From assembly GCA_965218425.1 (NCBI GenBank), contig OZ244621.1:2880001-2944000 (forward strand): a stretch of DNA of 64,000 nt, read 5' to 3'. A program made the position numbers and the translations under genes. The notes under the pieces were generated by a model. The model worked only from the letters and a program-made list of their open reading frames with translations. It searched no databases and was not told the DNA's origin. Positions within the stretch are counted from its first letter, which is position 1; every line of letters starts with the position of its first letter. Below, in pieces: positions 32,206 through 42,622 of the stretch. The stretch comes from an uncultured Candidatus Binatia bacterium (lineage in GTDB: Bacteria; Desulfobacterota; Binatia; UBA9968; CAXXLF01).

Positions 32206-32538
32206 AGCACCGGCAGGCTGACCATGAAGCCGCCGCACCAGGGAAAAAGCGGTACAGTAAAGGCGGACAAAACATGATATGAGCCCTTCCGTTGATGGTT
32301 CTCAAGGTCCTCCGTTCCATTGCGTCTCTGGGGTGGATAATCGTGCCAGAGGCTTGACAAGGGCTGGGCATCGGTCGCAGAAAGGCCACTTTCAAAAAAT
32401 TCAGTATGATTTACGTGGATGGCGGGAGCTTAAGCCAGCCATTTGAGTGATTAAAGACGCTTTGGGAGAGCGGGGAAGAGATAAATAACTAAGGGTTTAC
32501 ATCTCCGCCGATCGAAATAAGCAGAGGAGGATAGAGCT

Positions 32539-32667
32539 ATGGTGAAAAGACAACTTCGTCCTCGCAGCGCAGACCACTTCCAGCATCATCTTGCTCGCCA
32601 GCCGGGAGACTGTCACATTGTCCATTCTGGCACCCGAATCCATGGCGGGCACCAACGCAAACTATGA
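32539..32667 (+). CDS. Putative 42-aa His-rich small protein
   Basis: Strong RBS GAGGAGG before ATG; MVKRQLRPRSADHFQHHLARQPGDCHIVHSGTRIHGGHQRKL. Confidence 0.35.
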   Translation: MVKRQLRPRSADHFQHHLARQPGDCHIVHSGTRIHGGHQRKL

Positions 32668-33027
32668 ACAGGCCGGCATCGTGAGTCTCTTCATCGTCTC
32701 GCTTACGGTGGTTGTTGCCCTCATTGCCCGCACGCTCGGCTTGAAGGTTGGACTGCATCATCAATGAATAGCAGGCCGTCTTTAATCCTTAAAAGCGGAT
32801 TCCCATCGTTTCGGACCTTGCTAGTTTCAGCTTCCCGTCGGAGAATATCCAGAAGCTGCCGTGGGTCGAACCGGGACAGCAGGGGGCCATGGTCGCCGAA
32901 ATTTAAAGTTTCATTGAGCAGTTTCGTGAGCGTCTCTTGGTGCGTTGGAGAAATCAACTCAACGAACCGGTGACGCGCGCGTGGCAACTGAACCGAGTGA
33001 TTAGTATCGAGCGAGAGGACCCTATAA

Positions 33028-33264
33028 ATGAAAGTTATCGAGCGTCCATTAACCGTCGAGCAGGACTCAATCCCCGGATACCTGGCTCAACCTGAGCGGT
33101 TGGAGCCTGGGCCAGCTCTATTGCTTGTCCATCAGAACACCGGGGTCACCGATTACATAAAGATTGAAGCTCTGAAGTTTGCTAAGCTCGGTTACACTAC
33201 CGTTGTCCCGAATCTTTACGAGCTCCTGGGTCGCCCCGGCGCGACTCACATTCACACGGTGTAG
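33028..33264 (+). pseudogene. Dienelactone hydrolase family protein, N-terminal fragment
   Basis: GYLAQPE..PGPALLLVHQ..GV...AKLGY.TVVPNLY; the stop lies inside the abutting element end. Confidence 0.8.
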
Positions 33265-33268
33265 GGCG

Positions 33269-33314
33269 GCGGGATGCGGGATGAAGCGGGATGAACTGGG
33301 ATGATGCGGGATGG
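33269..33314. repeat. Five tandem GGGATG-core repeats at the element terminus
   Basis: GCGGGAT GCGGGATGAA GCGGGATGAA CTGGGATGAT GCGGGATGG; mostly 10-bp period. Confidence 0.85.
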
Positions 33315-33503
33315 AACCCTTGTTTTACAGGGGTTTTTGACGACCGCCATTCCGTGGGGTCCGGGACGGGAAATAACCGGAAGTCCTGTCCGGAGCTGTG
33401 GATAACCGGCCTTTAAGGGGCGTTTTCCCGACGTTTCAGGGGTCCGGAATCGACCGGAAATTCAGAGCGCTTTCCGGAGCCCGATTTCGAGCAAAAATTT
33501 TTT

Positions 33504-34334
33504 TTATCGCCGGGGGGGATTCATGACCCTGTCTATCAAAGCTCCCAGTTCCGAGTCTCCGCTATTCAAGACCTCGTCGGCGTGAGGAACGTCGCGAGTG
33601 ATCTCCTCAATCGCACCGAGCTGTCCGACGTTGTGAGCGAATCCGGGATCGATGCCGACCGGCACGGATAGGGTCTGGCCGGTACGGGGATTGAACCATA
33701 GACGTTCCTGGAGTGATCCGGGGGGAGGGCCGTCGGATGGGGAAAAATCGAAGTCTGTCAGGTCGTCGTCGCTGAGCTGCTGCACGGTGCAGCGGCAGCG
33801 CCAGCCGTTGGGGGGGTAGTGTGAGGACCACCACGGGTCGTCCACCTGCAGAATCGTGCCGTGCCAGGCACGGTGTTGCGGCCGGGTCCGGGAATCCAGG
33901 ACTGCGACGTAGCGCAGCCAGGGCCGGTCGTTTTTTACCCGCTCGATGCGCTCCCACCTCCCGCGCGCGTACGAGGTCCGGAGGTTGGTGTCGAAGATGG
34001 TCTTCAGACGGCTCGGGGATCCTAGCTGGACGATCCGGGTCCGGCCGGTGCGAGGGTCGAGCTGCACCTGCCGGCCCCACCAACCTTTATCTTTGAGTAC
34101 GGGCTCCAGACGATCCTGAAATTGCTGAAATGTCTCGCCGTCGGCGATGGCGGCGTCTACGGCCCCGCGGATGTCTTCGAGCAGATCGGTCCTCATGGCC
34201 TTGGCGACGGTGAAGCTTCTCAGGTGCGCGGCGGCGTCGGTGTCGCGCCAGTCGAAAGCGACGTGGTAGCCTTTGGCGCGGAACGTTCGGATCGCCTCGG
34301 TGGGCGAGACATTGAGAATTTCAGGGACGGGCAT
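33504..34334 (-). CDS. Phage Mu gpF (gp30)-like head morphogenesis protein
   Basis: FTVAKA, RLKTIFDTNLRTSY, DSRTRPQH and YPPNGWRCRC motifs. Confidence 0.92.
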   Translation of the reverse strand: MPVPEILNVSPTEAIRTFRAKGYHVAFDWRDTDAAAHLRSFTVAKAMRTDLLEDIRGAVDAAIADGETFQQFQDRLEPVLKDKGWWGRQVQLDPRTGRTRIVQLGSPSRLKTIFDTNLRTSYARGRWERIERVKNDRPWLRYVAVLDSRTRPQHRAWHGTILQVDDPWWSSHYPPNGWRCRCTVQQLSDDDLTDFDFSPSDGPPPGSLQERLWFNPRTGQTLSVPVGIDPGFAHNVGQLGAIEEITRDVPHADEVLNSGDSELGALIDRVMNPPRR

Positions 34335-34556
34335 CGTCGTATTCCGCTGCGGCCTCGATGATCTTTTTGAAACTAGAAATTTGCCTAGAGTTTAGAGCCC
34401 AGCTTATTGGCTGGTTGTCTTCTAGGTCGATCAGAGACAAGAGGATTTTTGCACAATTCCTAGAATTGCAATTTTTAAGCCGCCCAACGTGCCCGTTGTC
34501 TGAACGAATCGGGTAAGTGGGGATTTTGGATCGGGCATCTGGTCCAGTTAAAGGTC

Positions 34557-35824
34557 TTACCTGATACCGTCAGATCTCAGTCTGGCAATCAGGTAGGCCT
34601 GATCCTTGTCGCCCTTGAGGCTGTTGCACGCGCCGCATAGCAGTTGCAGGTTGTCGAAGTGATCGCTTCCGCCCTTGCTTTGGGGCACGACGTGATCCAC
34701 GGTCATGTTGCGGAACGGGAACATTATCCGGCATCCGAAACAATGGCCCTCCTGCTTGCCGTAAAGGGTGTGCCTGTGGGTCTTGTAATCGGGAACCTCG
34801 CCTTGATCCGTGCGCCGGGGAACGTCCGTTCGGTGGTGAACGTCGTAGAAAAGCCCCATCTCTTTCCGTAGCCGCAGCTTGACCAGGTCCGCCGCCTTCG
34901 GGACAGGTCGATGCCCACCCACTGGCGTTTGAGTTTCTCGGCAGCCACGCAGGCCGTGGCGCATCCGGCGAAGGGGTCGAGGACAATATCGCCTTCGTTG
35001 GAGCTGGCTTTGATGATGCGATCCAGTAGTGCCAGGGGTTTCTGGGTGGGGTAGCCTATGCGTTCTTTTGATGATGATGAGATGCTAGAGATAGGCCATA
35101 CGTCCGACATCGCTTTCCCTTCAGCCATGATGTCGGATAGTTTCTTCAGCTTACTCTTACTCCTTCCTCTTCCACCCGGCATCCAGACAACTTCGTTACC
35201 ATCATTGTCCAAGTGGATTTTTTGTTTTCGAGTTTTAATGATCTCATCTCGTGTCCATGGTGTTTTCGGCATACTGAAGTTGCATCCTGCGGTTTTCGCA
35301 TAGAACAAGATCACGTCGTGTTTACGATTAAAGAAGCGGGGCAAGTCCATCAATCGGAACGAATAATCCCACACAATTTCATTCCTGAAGTTATTCGTTC
35401 CGAACACCGCATCCATAAGCAATTTCAAGTAATGGCTTGCCGTGGGGTCACAATGCAGGTAGATACTCCCCGTCTCCTTCAACAACCGCCGCATTTCCAG
35501 GAGCCGCACGGCCATCATGATGAGGTAGGACTTCATGCCCTTGCCGTGGGAGTGCTTGGCCGCGTCGATGATAGAGTAAAGGGCCGGTTCCCGGTCGGCA
35601 ATCTCCCCGTGCCACGCTTCGTCCACGTCGCTCAGGGTCCAGGTGTCCTTGAAGGCGGCGCCGGCGGCCTCGGAGCCGATAGGGGCGGCGTAATTCTTGT
35701 TGGAATTGAAAGGCGGGTCCAGGTAGATGAGGTCAACGCTCTCGGAGTTCAGGCCCCGCATGATGTCGAGGTTGTCCCCGGTCCACAGAGTGCGGTTGGT
35801 CCAGTTTGGGTTGCCCCTAGACAT
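34557..35824 (-). pseudogene. DNA methyltransferase fused to a C-terminal HNH domain, frameshifted near 34900
   Basis: DPPF, YPTQKP and DPFAGCAT; WVGIDLS continues as PKAADLVKLRL in another frame, leading to CFGC...DHVVPQSKGGSDHFDNLQLLCGACN. Confidence 0.85.
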
Positions 35825-35872
35825 CGGCGGCTATACATATCAGGAGGCATCCGGAGAAGTCAATTCCCTTTT

Positions 35873-36997
35873 TTAATCCTCCTCCAACCCGGCGTTGCTG
35901 GATAGTGAAGCGGTGAAGCCGAGGCGGCGAAGGGTCTCGATCAACTTCGAGTCGTCGAGGCCGGCGATGAGGTCCGGCAGCCGGGCGCGGAAAGTCTGCA
36001 AGCTCTCGCCGGGCCTGAGGGAGGTGCGGGCGGCGGCCAGGATGGGCTCGATAAGCGGCTCCATGATGGGCTCCCAGCGATCTCCGTCAAGCGAGCGATC
36101 GACGGCTCGCTGTATCGCGTCGCGCCGGTCCGCCTCGGCCTGGGCCCACGCGCGGGCCTGCGCGGGGGGCATGCCGGGAGGGGGCTCGGAGCGGCCGCCT
36201 ATCACGTCGTCGCCCTCATCGGGTTCAGTGAAGCCGAGGCGCTCGCGGACCTCGATCGTTTTCACTTTCAAACCCTGCGGCAAAAGCTTGGACAGGGCCT
36301 CGGCCATCATCGCGGGGTCGTACTGCTCCTCGCGGCCGATCCGGATCATGGGCCACTTGTCGCGCATGCCGCGGTTGAGGAAAACGAGAGGGCGGACGAT
36401 GTCGCGGTTCAGCGTGGCCGCAAGCTGGCGCGCGTCGGAGCGCTCGATATCGTCCTTGACGCCCTCGTGTACGGTGCCGAGCGCGTAGGACCCGCTGCCC
36501 TCCTGGCCGGCGTCGGTGGTGAGCGTCTGGCCGAGAACCGCCTTGGAGATCTGCATGTCGAAGTAAAGAAGCAGGTCGTGGTAAAGCTTGGACTGAGGGC
36601 CGGTCCCCTTGGACTCGATAAACTCGATCATCATCCCCTCCGGGATGATCGCGGCGTCGTCGCCGGCGACGTTGCGCACGGCGCGGAGCAGCACGGCGCG
36701 GTCCTCTTTGGACGAGCCCTTGTCGTACTTTCCGAGGCGGATGGGGTGGCTGTAAGCCTCTATAAAACGAAGCCAGTCCTTTATGCCGTAGTGTTTGAAC
36801 AGCCAGGCCCACGCGGCCGCGCGGGCGAGGCCGCCGCGTATGGACAGGCCGGACTTGGCGTGATGCCGGTGTACCACAAACTTTCCCGGCTCGAGGTCCG
36901 TCCATTGCAAAGTGTCGTCGCGGCGCTGGAGCCTCATGCTCGATTCCCAGTCGTAGCGGAACCACGCGGGCAGGCGGTATTCGAGGTGCGCCTTGAA
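35873..36997 (-). pseudogene. Mu gp29-like portal protein (DUF935), 5'-truncated
   Basis: RLGKY, ISKAVLGQTLTT and GSYALGTVH motifs; the N-terminal part and a start codon are missing. Confidence 0.85.
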
Positions 36998-37307
36998 GGG
37001 CTGTTTAAGGGATTTATTGGGCGCGATGACTCTACGGGGAAGGAAAGAATTTAAAGATCACACCCATGGATAGAAAAAATAACAAGAGGCTCATCATTAA
37101 GGTGAAGTCCCCCAAAAAAATCAACCCTCGCCACCTCGAAGACTTCAACTTATATGTTGTCAAGGGATAAATGCCTAACGGAATGTTATCCAAATCGATC
37201 ACGCAAGACGAAGGAGGGCCGGCCCGTTGGCCTGGCCGGCGGTGTTCCGGGATTTTCTTCGCTTCTCGGCGGCCGCTCCTCAAAAGCAGATAACTGTCAT
37301 TTGAACG

Positions 37308-38435
37308 CTATCTCCTCTTTCGAGCCGCTTTACCCGCGTCGGCTCTCGCTTTGGCGACGAGTTTCTTAAGGCCGCTCACGTCCCTGTATCGGAACAGGTT
37401 GGCAATCATATACTTCCCCCCCGGTTTGGCGACGGTAAAGGGATCGGTGATCATGTCCTTGGGAATATCCATCCGCATGGAGTTGCGGTCCGCATTCTTC
37501 TGCCATGCAATTTGCCCCTCCTTGGATATCATCCAGTTTGCGAAAACAGTGGCTGCGTTGGGATGAGGAGCGCGATTTACAACGGCGAGTTGACCCCATC
37601 CCCCGGACATATACGCCTCGGAGGTGGGTGCCCGATAGATGTCAACGGGCAAGCCCTGTTTTTTGGCGGTCGCTACCTCAGTGCCCCGGGCTGCAATGTA
37701 GAGCTCGTATCTTCCTCTGGCGACCCAGTCGATCATCTGCACGATGTCTCTCCCTATGGTGATGTCCTGCTCGCCGAACAATCGCTTGATAAATTTTGGC
37801 CCCAGGTTCTTGTTGTAGTAGATGCCCTTCCAGGTGGCCAGCTGGCCCCGCGTCGTCGGATCGTAGGACACCATCTTGCCGCGCCATTGGGGATTGAGAA
37901 GGTCCTTGAAGCTCTTAAGCTTTCCCGGCTTGTGCTTCTTGGTGTTATAGAGTGCGATGGTGGAGGTGACGGTCCCTTCCATAAGAAAGAGGGACTTATT
38001 GGGAACCGCGTAATGATGTTGCTTTCTGAACCAGGCCGACTGGTCCGCGGCTTGCGGTAAGATCAACAGGGGTGGAAGGGGGTCAAAGTAACCCTTTTCT
38101 GCCAAGATGCCGCCAGTTCCGGCGCCTCCAACAAAAATGTCCGCGATAAATTTTTCCGCCCGGCGTTCGGCGCCGAGCCGATTGGCGTGCTGGCTTCCCG
38201 AACCGGGAACGTAGACCATTTTGATTTTGGGATAGACGCTTTTAAATGTCTCAATGGCGTTGATGTACTGGTTTCCCGGGGGGCCATAGACCCTGATACC
38301 CCCCTCTTTTCGTGCCGCCGCCAGGGTCTTTTCCCAGTCGGCCTTCCAATCCGCTTGTGCCGGTTCATAAAAAGTCATCACAAGAAGACTCAAAAACAAT
38401 GAAAACGTGAAGAAAAGTCTTAGACGATAAACCAT
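37308..38435 (-). CDS. ABC transporter substrate-binding protein (paralogue of 2464..3606)
   Basis: Signal peptide, WEKTLAAARKEG and NRAPHPNAATVFANW motifs. Confidence 0.87.
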   Translation of the reverse strand: MVYRLRLFFTFSLFLSLLVMTFYEPAQADWKADWEKTLAAARKEGGIRVYGPPGNQYINAIETFKSVYPKIKMVYVPGSGSQHANRLGAERRAEKFIADIFVGGAGTGGILAEKGYFDPLPPLLILPQAADQSAWFRKQHHYAVPNKSLFLMEGTVTSTIALYNTKKHKPGKLKSFKDLLNPQWRGKMVSYDPTTRGQLATWKGIYYNKNLGPKFIKRLFGEQDITIGRDIVQMIDWVARGRYELYIAARGTEVATAKKQGLPVDIYRAPTSEAYMSGGWGQLAVVNRAPHPNAATVFANWMISKEGQIAWQKNADRNSMRMDIPKDMITDPFTVAKPGGKYMIANLFRYRDVSGLKKLVAKARADAGKAARKRR

Positions 38436-39064
38436 TTTTATTGCCTCCTATTGATGGCGAGATTATGGATAACCACGGCAGTCTAATGAGAATGGGCGCC
38501 GCTGTCAAATCGCAGAATACTGACCATGCCTCTGGAGCTCCCAATCATTCAGCGCCACCAAGGATAATGGCGCGGCCAGTCCAAACAGATTGTTACGCTC
38601 TGGCCGGTAGAACGACCCAATTCAATGCTCCCGGAAAGAGATCACCCCCGCAATCTTGACTGCCACAATTGCGTCTAGGCCAATCAACATCGAGTCAACC
38701 GGGGCCCAGAGCATCTCCCGGCCCAACGAAAAACGACGTTAGAGAATTGTCTTCCGGACGGTTTTAGAAAGGGTGTGGATGATGAGGGCAAACGCCCCTG
38801 GAGCGCTGAAAGAACCGTCTCTTATGTGGTGAGTAGGGTCGAGAGGGCAATAGGTTGGGCATCAACCGCATAGCACGCGCTCCCTGAGGCGGCAATCCTA
38901 GATCGTTCAAGGGACGGTGTCCGTGGTTCCTCAAATGGTACGGTAAATGCCCTTTGTTCGATATAACCATGGCTGTGACTTCCAGTTGACACATACCCGG
39001 CGTCTTGATAGGAGAATTGGACTCAGGGGACCCTTCAGGTCCTTTTATTTAGAAGGGAGAATTT

Positions 39065-40618
39065 ATGGCATTTTTACGAACAATATCTTTGTTTTTGGGG
39101 CTCTTCATGTTTACCGGGTCCCTATGGGGAGCGGATACTCCCAAACAGGGGGGCAGTTTGGTGTTCGGCATACGGAAAGACCTTTCTTCCCTTAATCCTT
39201 TTTGGAGGACTCAGTCCACGGATTCCTATGTAAGGCAGCTCATTTTCGAAGGTCTGCTGGATTTTGACCTTAAAGGGAAACCGGTCCCGGCCCTGGCGGA
39301 GTCCTGGAAGATCTCCTCGGACGGGTTGACATACACCTTCAAGCTGCGCAGCGGCGTCAAATTCCACAACGGCAAAGAGATGACCGCTCAGGACGTCAAG
39401 TGGAGCGCGGATTACGCCCTGGATCCTAAGAATGCGGCCACGGGACTTTCGCTACTCAGAAACGTCAAGTCCGTTAAGGCCAAGGATAAGCTCACCATAG
39501 AGTTTACTTTAAAGGAGCGCGAGCCGATCTTTCTTTCCACTCTGGCATCCATTCGCCCATTTACAGTGGTGCCGGAGGGGTCGGTGCCCACAGGGGAGCG
39601 GAAGATCAAGGGTTTCCCTCCGGGTACGGGTCCCTTTATATTCAAGGAATATGAAAGGGCCCGACAGTTGGTGGTGGTACGGAACAAAAACTACTGGCAG
39701 AAAGGTCTGCCTTACCTCGATGCAGTGGTCATGAAACCTGTGCGGGATACCCAGGTCCGATTCACCTCGCTAAGGGCCGGTGATCTGGACCTCATTGAAA
39801 GGGCGCCCTATGCCTTTGTGCGAAAATTGCTCAACGGCGAGTATCCCAAACTCGGAGTCGCAGAGGCGAAATACTCAGGCTTTCGCCGCCTTATCTTCGA
39901 GGTGACCAAACCGCCTTTCGATAATATGAAGGTTCGTCAAGCGGTATATCACGCACTGGATATGAACGAACTGATTACGGCGGCCTATTGGGGTTTCGGA
40001 GAGCCGGCCACCGTGTGGGCGGTCCCTACCTCAAGCCCCTGGCACAACGGGCTGCCGGGAGTCAAGCGCGATGTGGCCAAGGCGAAGGCCCTGCTGAAAG
40101 AGTCCGGTGCGGGTTCAGATGTCGTGGTTAAGATCGACGCTCGGAGAGGAGAGGAGGATGTGGTGCAGGTGCTTCAACGCCAACTGGCCAGTGCCGGGTT
40201 CAAGGTAGAACTGGAGTTTCTGACCGGGGGCAAGATGTCGCGGAAGAGGCGCTCCGGGAATTTCAAGGTGGCGTTTAGCGGAGCAGAGCCCGTGAAGGAC
40301 CCTGCGGATGCCTATCCCTTCCGGTTCTCGTGCCTGGAGGGGAAGAGAGAGAAGCGCATCCTGAATTACTCCGGCTACTGCAATCCGAAGTTTGACGAGC
40401 TGGTGGCGGAGGCGGGGAGGATCACGGACCAGAAGAAGCGCTTTGAGCTCTACGATAAGGCCATTCGTATTCTTCATGCCGATCTTCCGGAGATCCCATT
40501 GGTCTTTGTGCCAAGGTATTTCGCATTCAACAAGAAGGTCAGGGGATTCACCACCGATGATGGGGCTCGCTTCAATCTGACCACCGGCGGGCTATCGCGG
40601 ACGTGGATAGCAAAATAG
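39065..40618 (+). CDS. Peptide/nickel-type ABC substrate-binding protein (family 5)
   Basis: PALAESWKISSDGLTYTFKLRSGVKFHNG and GTGPF motifs. Confidence 0.93.
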   Translation: MAFLRTISLFLGLFMFTGSLWGADTPKQGGSLVFGIRKDLSSLNPFWRTQSTDSYVRQLIFEGLLDFDLKGKPVPALAESWKISSDGLTYTFKLRSGVKFHNGKEMTAQDVKWSADYALDPKNAATGLSLLRNVKSVKAKDKLTIEFTLKEREPIFLSTLASIRPFTVVPEGSVPTGERKIKGFPPGTGPFIFKEYERARQLVVVRNKNYWQKGLPYLDAVVMKPVRDTQVRFTSLRAGDLDLIERAPYAFVRKLLNGEYPKLGVAEAKYSGFRRLIFEVTKPPFDNMKVRQAVYHALDMNELITAAYWGFGEPATVWAVPTSSPWHNGLPGVKRDVAKAKALLKESGAGSDVVVKIDARRGEEDVVQVLQRQLASAGFKVELEFLTGGKMSRKRRSGNFKVAFSGAEPVKDPADAYPFRFSCLEGKREKRILNYSGYCNPKFDELVAEAGRITDQKKRFELYDKAIRILHADLPEIPLVFVPRYFAFNKKVRGFTTDDGARFNLTTGGLSRTWIAK

Positions 40619-40655
40619 AGCGTGAGCGAGAGAAAAAAATGAAGAAGAGGATCGC

Positions 40656-41609
40656 TTGAGCAAATATGTTCTGAAGCGTCTTCTCCAACTGGTCCCGGTC
40701 CTCTTCTTTGTTTCCATCTTTGTTTTTCTGATCATCCATCTCATCCCCGGCGATCCGGTGGAGGTCATGCTGGGTGAGGACGACGCCGTCGCCAGTCAAG
40801 AGTTGTACGACGCCCTGAAGAAACGTCTTGGTCTGGATGCCCCTATCCATATCCAGTACCTGCGCTGGATGGGGAATATCCTACGGGGAAATATGGGGCA
40901 GTCCATGCAGACAGGGGAGCCGGTCTGGGACATGGTCAAGGCCCGCTATCCCGCTACGATTTACCTGGCATTGAGCGCCTTTTTCGTGGGGATCCTGATC
41001 TCGATCCCAGCCGGCGCCCTAGCCGCAGTTAAACAAAACACCCCAGTGGACTACTCGGCCATGGGGTTTGCCCTGTTCGGCATTTCGGTGCCCAATTTCT
41101 GGCTGGCCCTTCTGCTCATTCTCGGGTTGAGTCTGTACGTGCGGGTATTTCCCACCATGGGGTACGTGGACCCGAGCGTTCACTTTGGTCTCTTTCTCTG
41201 GCACCTCATTCTCCCCTCCATTGTGTTGGGCACCGCCATGGCCTCCAGTATCACACGGTTCGTCAGGGCCGAAATGTTAGAACAGCTGCGGTTGGATTAC
41301 GTGCGTACGGCGAAAGCCAAAGGGCTGCCTCCACATACGATTGTCTCCCATCATGTCCTGAAAAATTCTCTGGTGGCAGCCACCACCGTCATCGGGTTGG
41401 AAGTGGGTCGGCTCTTTGGCGGGTCCACCATTGTGGAAACGGTTTTTTCCTGGCCCGGGGTGGCCCTCTTGGTGTTGGAGTCTGTCTATGCCCGGGACTA
41501 TCCTCTCCTCCAGGGATCCGTCCTATTCCTTGCGGTCACCTATGTCTTTGTAAACCTGTTCGTGGATATCATTTACAAGTGGTTAGATCCGAGAATTCAA
41601 CTGGGGTAG
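40656..41609 (+). CDS. Opp/Dpp-type ABC permease (B subunit)
   Basis: PGDPV, DYVRTAKAKGL and ETVFSWPG motifs. Confidence 0.93.
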   Translation: MSKYVLKRLLQLVPVLFFVSIFVFLIIHLIPGDPVEVMLGEDDAVASQELYDALKKRLGLDAPIHIQYLRWMGNILRGNMGQSMQTGEPVWDMVKARYPATIYLALSAFFVGILISIPAGALAAVKQNTPVDYSAMGFALFGISVPNFWLALLLILGLSLYVRVFPTMGYVDPSVHFGLFLWHLILPSIVLGTAMASSITRFVRAEMLEQLRLDYVRTAKAKGLPPHTIVSHHVLKNSLVAATTVIGLEVGRLFGGSTIVETVFSWPGVALLVLESVYARDYPLLQGSVLFLAVTYVFVNLFVDIIYKWLDPRIQLG

Positions 41610-41610
41610 C

Positions 41611-42516
41611 ATGGCCAATACAACGGGTCATATGGTGAATCCCGCCACCTCATCGGTAACCTTTCAAAAGTTGGCCGAACATATCGTGGGCGGTCTACGG
41701 ATGATTTTACGCAACCGCCTTTCCGCCCTAGGGCTTCTTTTGATCGTGCTGGTGGTGTTTGCGGCTCTCGGGGCGGATCTCATTATCACCCAGGACCCTT
41801 ATCAGATGAACGTGATCGATCGTCTGTCTGGGCCTTCGGTTCAGCACCTCTTCGGCACCGATCTCTTCGGCCGGGACATCTTTACCCGCGTTGTCCTGGG
41901 AACCCGCATCGCCATGCAGGTGGCCGTGGGCGCCGTTCTCCTGGCCGTTATTATCGGAGTTCCTTTAGGAGCCTTCTCCGGTTATGTGGGTGGACGGGTG
42001 GATACCCTTATTATGCGTTTCATCGACGCGGTCCTCGCCTTTCCCGGGCGATTGCTGGCCATCGCCTTGGTGGCTGCTCTGGGCGCTAACTTTTTGACTC
42101 TGTGGCTGGCCATCGGCATCACCTCCATCCCAGGCTACGCCCGGGTGGTTCGAGGGGTGGTCCTTTCACAAAAAGAGAAAGAATACGTCGAGGCCGCCCG
42201 CATGACGGGCGAGTCCGAGTTGAGGATCCTTTTCTTTCAGATCATTCCCAACTGCATCGGTCCCATCCTGGTTTTGGTGACTCTTGATTGCGCCCATGCC
42301 ATTACCACGGAGTCCTCTCTTAGTTTTCTCGGGCTGGGATTTGCTCCTCCCTCTCCCAGTTGGGGCCTCATGCTCAACGAGGCACGGGGTTACATGGAGC
42401 TTGGCCCCCACGTTGCCATCTTTCCAGGTCTGGCCATCTCCTTGACCATATTGGGCTTCAACCTGCTGGGCGATGGCCTGCGGGATGTTTTTGATCCCCG
42501 TCAGTACGATAGATAA
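41611..42516 (+). CDS. Opp/Dpp-type ABC permease (C subunit)
   Basis: GTDLFGRD, EYVEAAR and FNLLGDGLRD motifs. Confidence 0.93.
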   Translation: MANTTGHMVNPATSSVTFQKLAEHIVGGLRMILRNRLSALGLLLIVLVVFAALGADLIITQDPYQMNVIDRLSGPSVQHLFGTDLFGRDIFTRVVLGTRIAMQVAVGAVLLAVIIGVPLGAFSGYVGGRVDTLIMRFIDAVLAFPGRLLAIALVAALGANFLTLWLAIGITSIPGYARVVRGVVLSQKEKEYVEAARMTGESELRILFFQIIPNCIGPILVLVTLDCAHAITTESSLSFLGLGFAPPSPSWGLMLNEARGYMELGPHVAIFPGLAISLTILGFNLLGDGLRDVFDPRQYDR

Positions 42517-42622
42517 TAGGCTACCTCATTGACGCTTTCCGAGTGGATGGTGTCGCTTGCACCCGTGTCCTGAATATTAATATAACAGGCATGGGTATTT
42601 GGATTTTGATAAGGAGACAGCA

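Larger units (their letters stand above)
33260..36997 (-). mobile_element. Remnant of a Mu-like transposable prophage (one end, gpF, methyltransferase-HNH, partial portal)
   Basis: TG-initiated end with tandem repeats truncating a host gene; Mu gp29- and gp30-like genes; largely GC-rich relative to flanks. Confidence 0.75.

Noticed and set aside
33269..33314. Possible CRISPR array
   Set aside because: Units are about 10 bp with no spacers and there are no cas genes; better explained as element-end repeats.
38780..38960. c-di-GMP-I riboswitch upstream of the ABC operon
   Set aside because: GGCAAAC is present but the GAAA-capped stem and GACGCAAAG consensus are missing.
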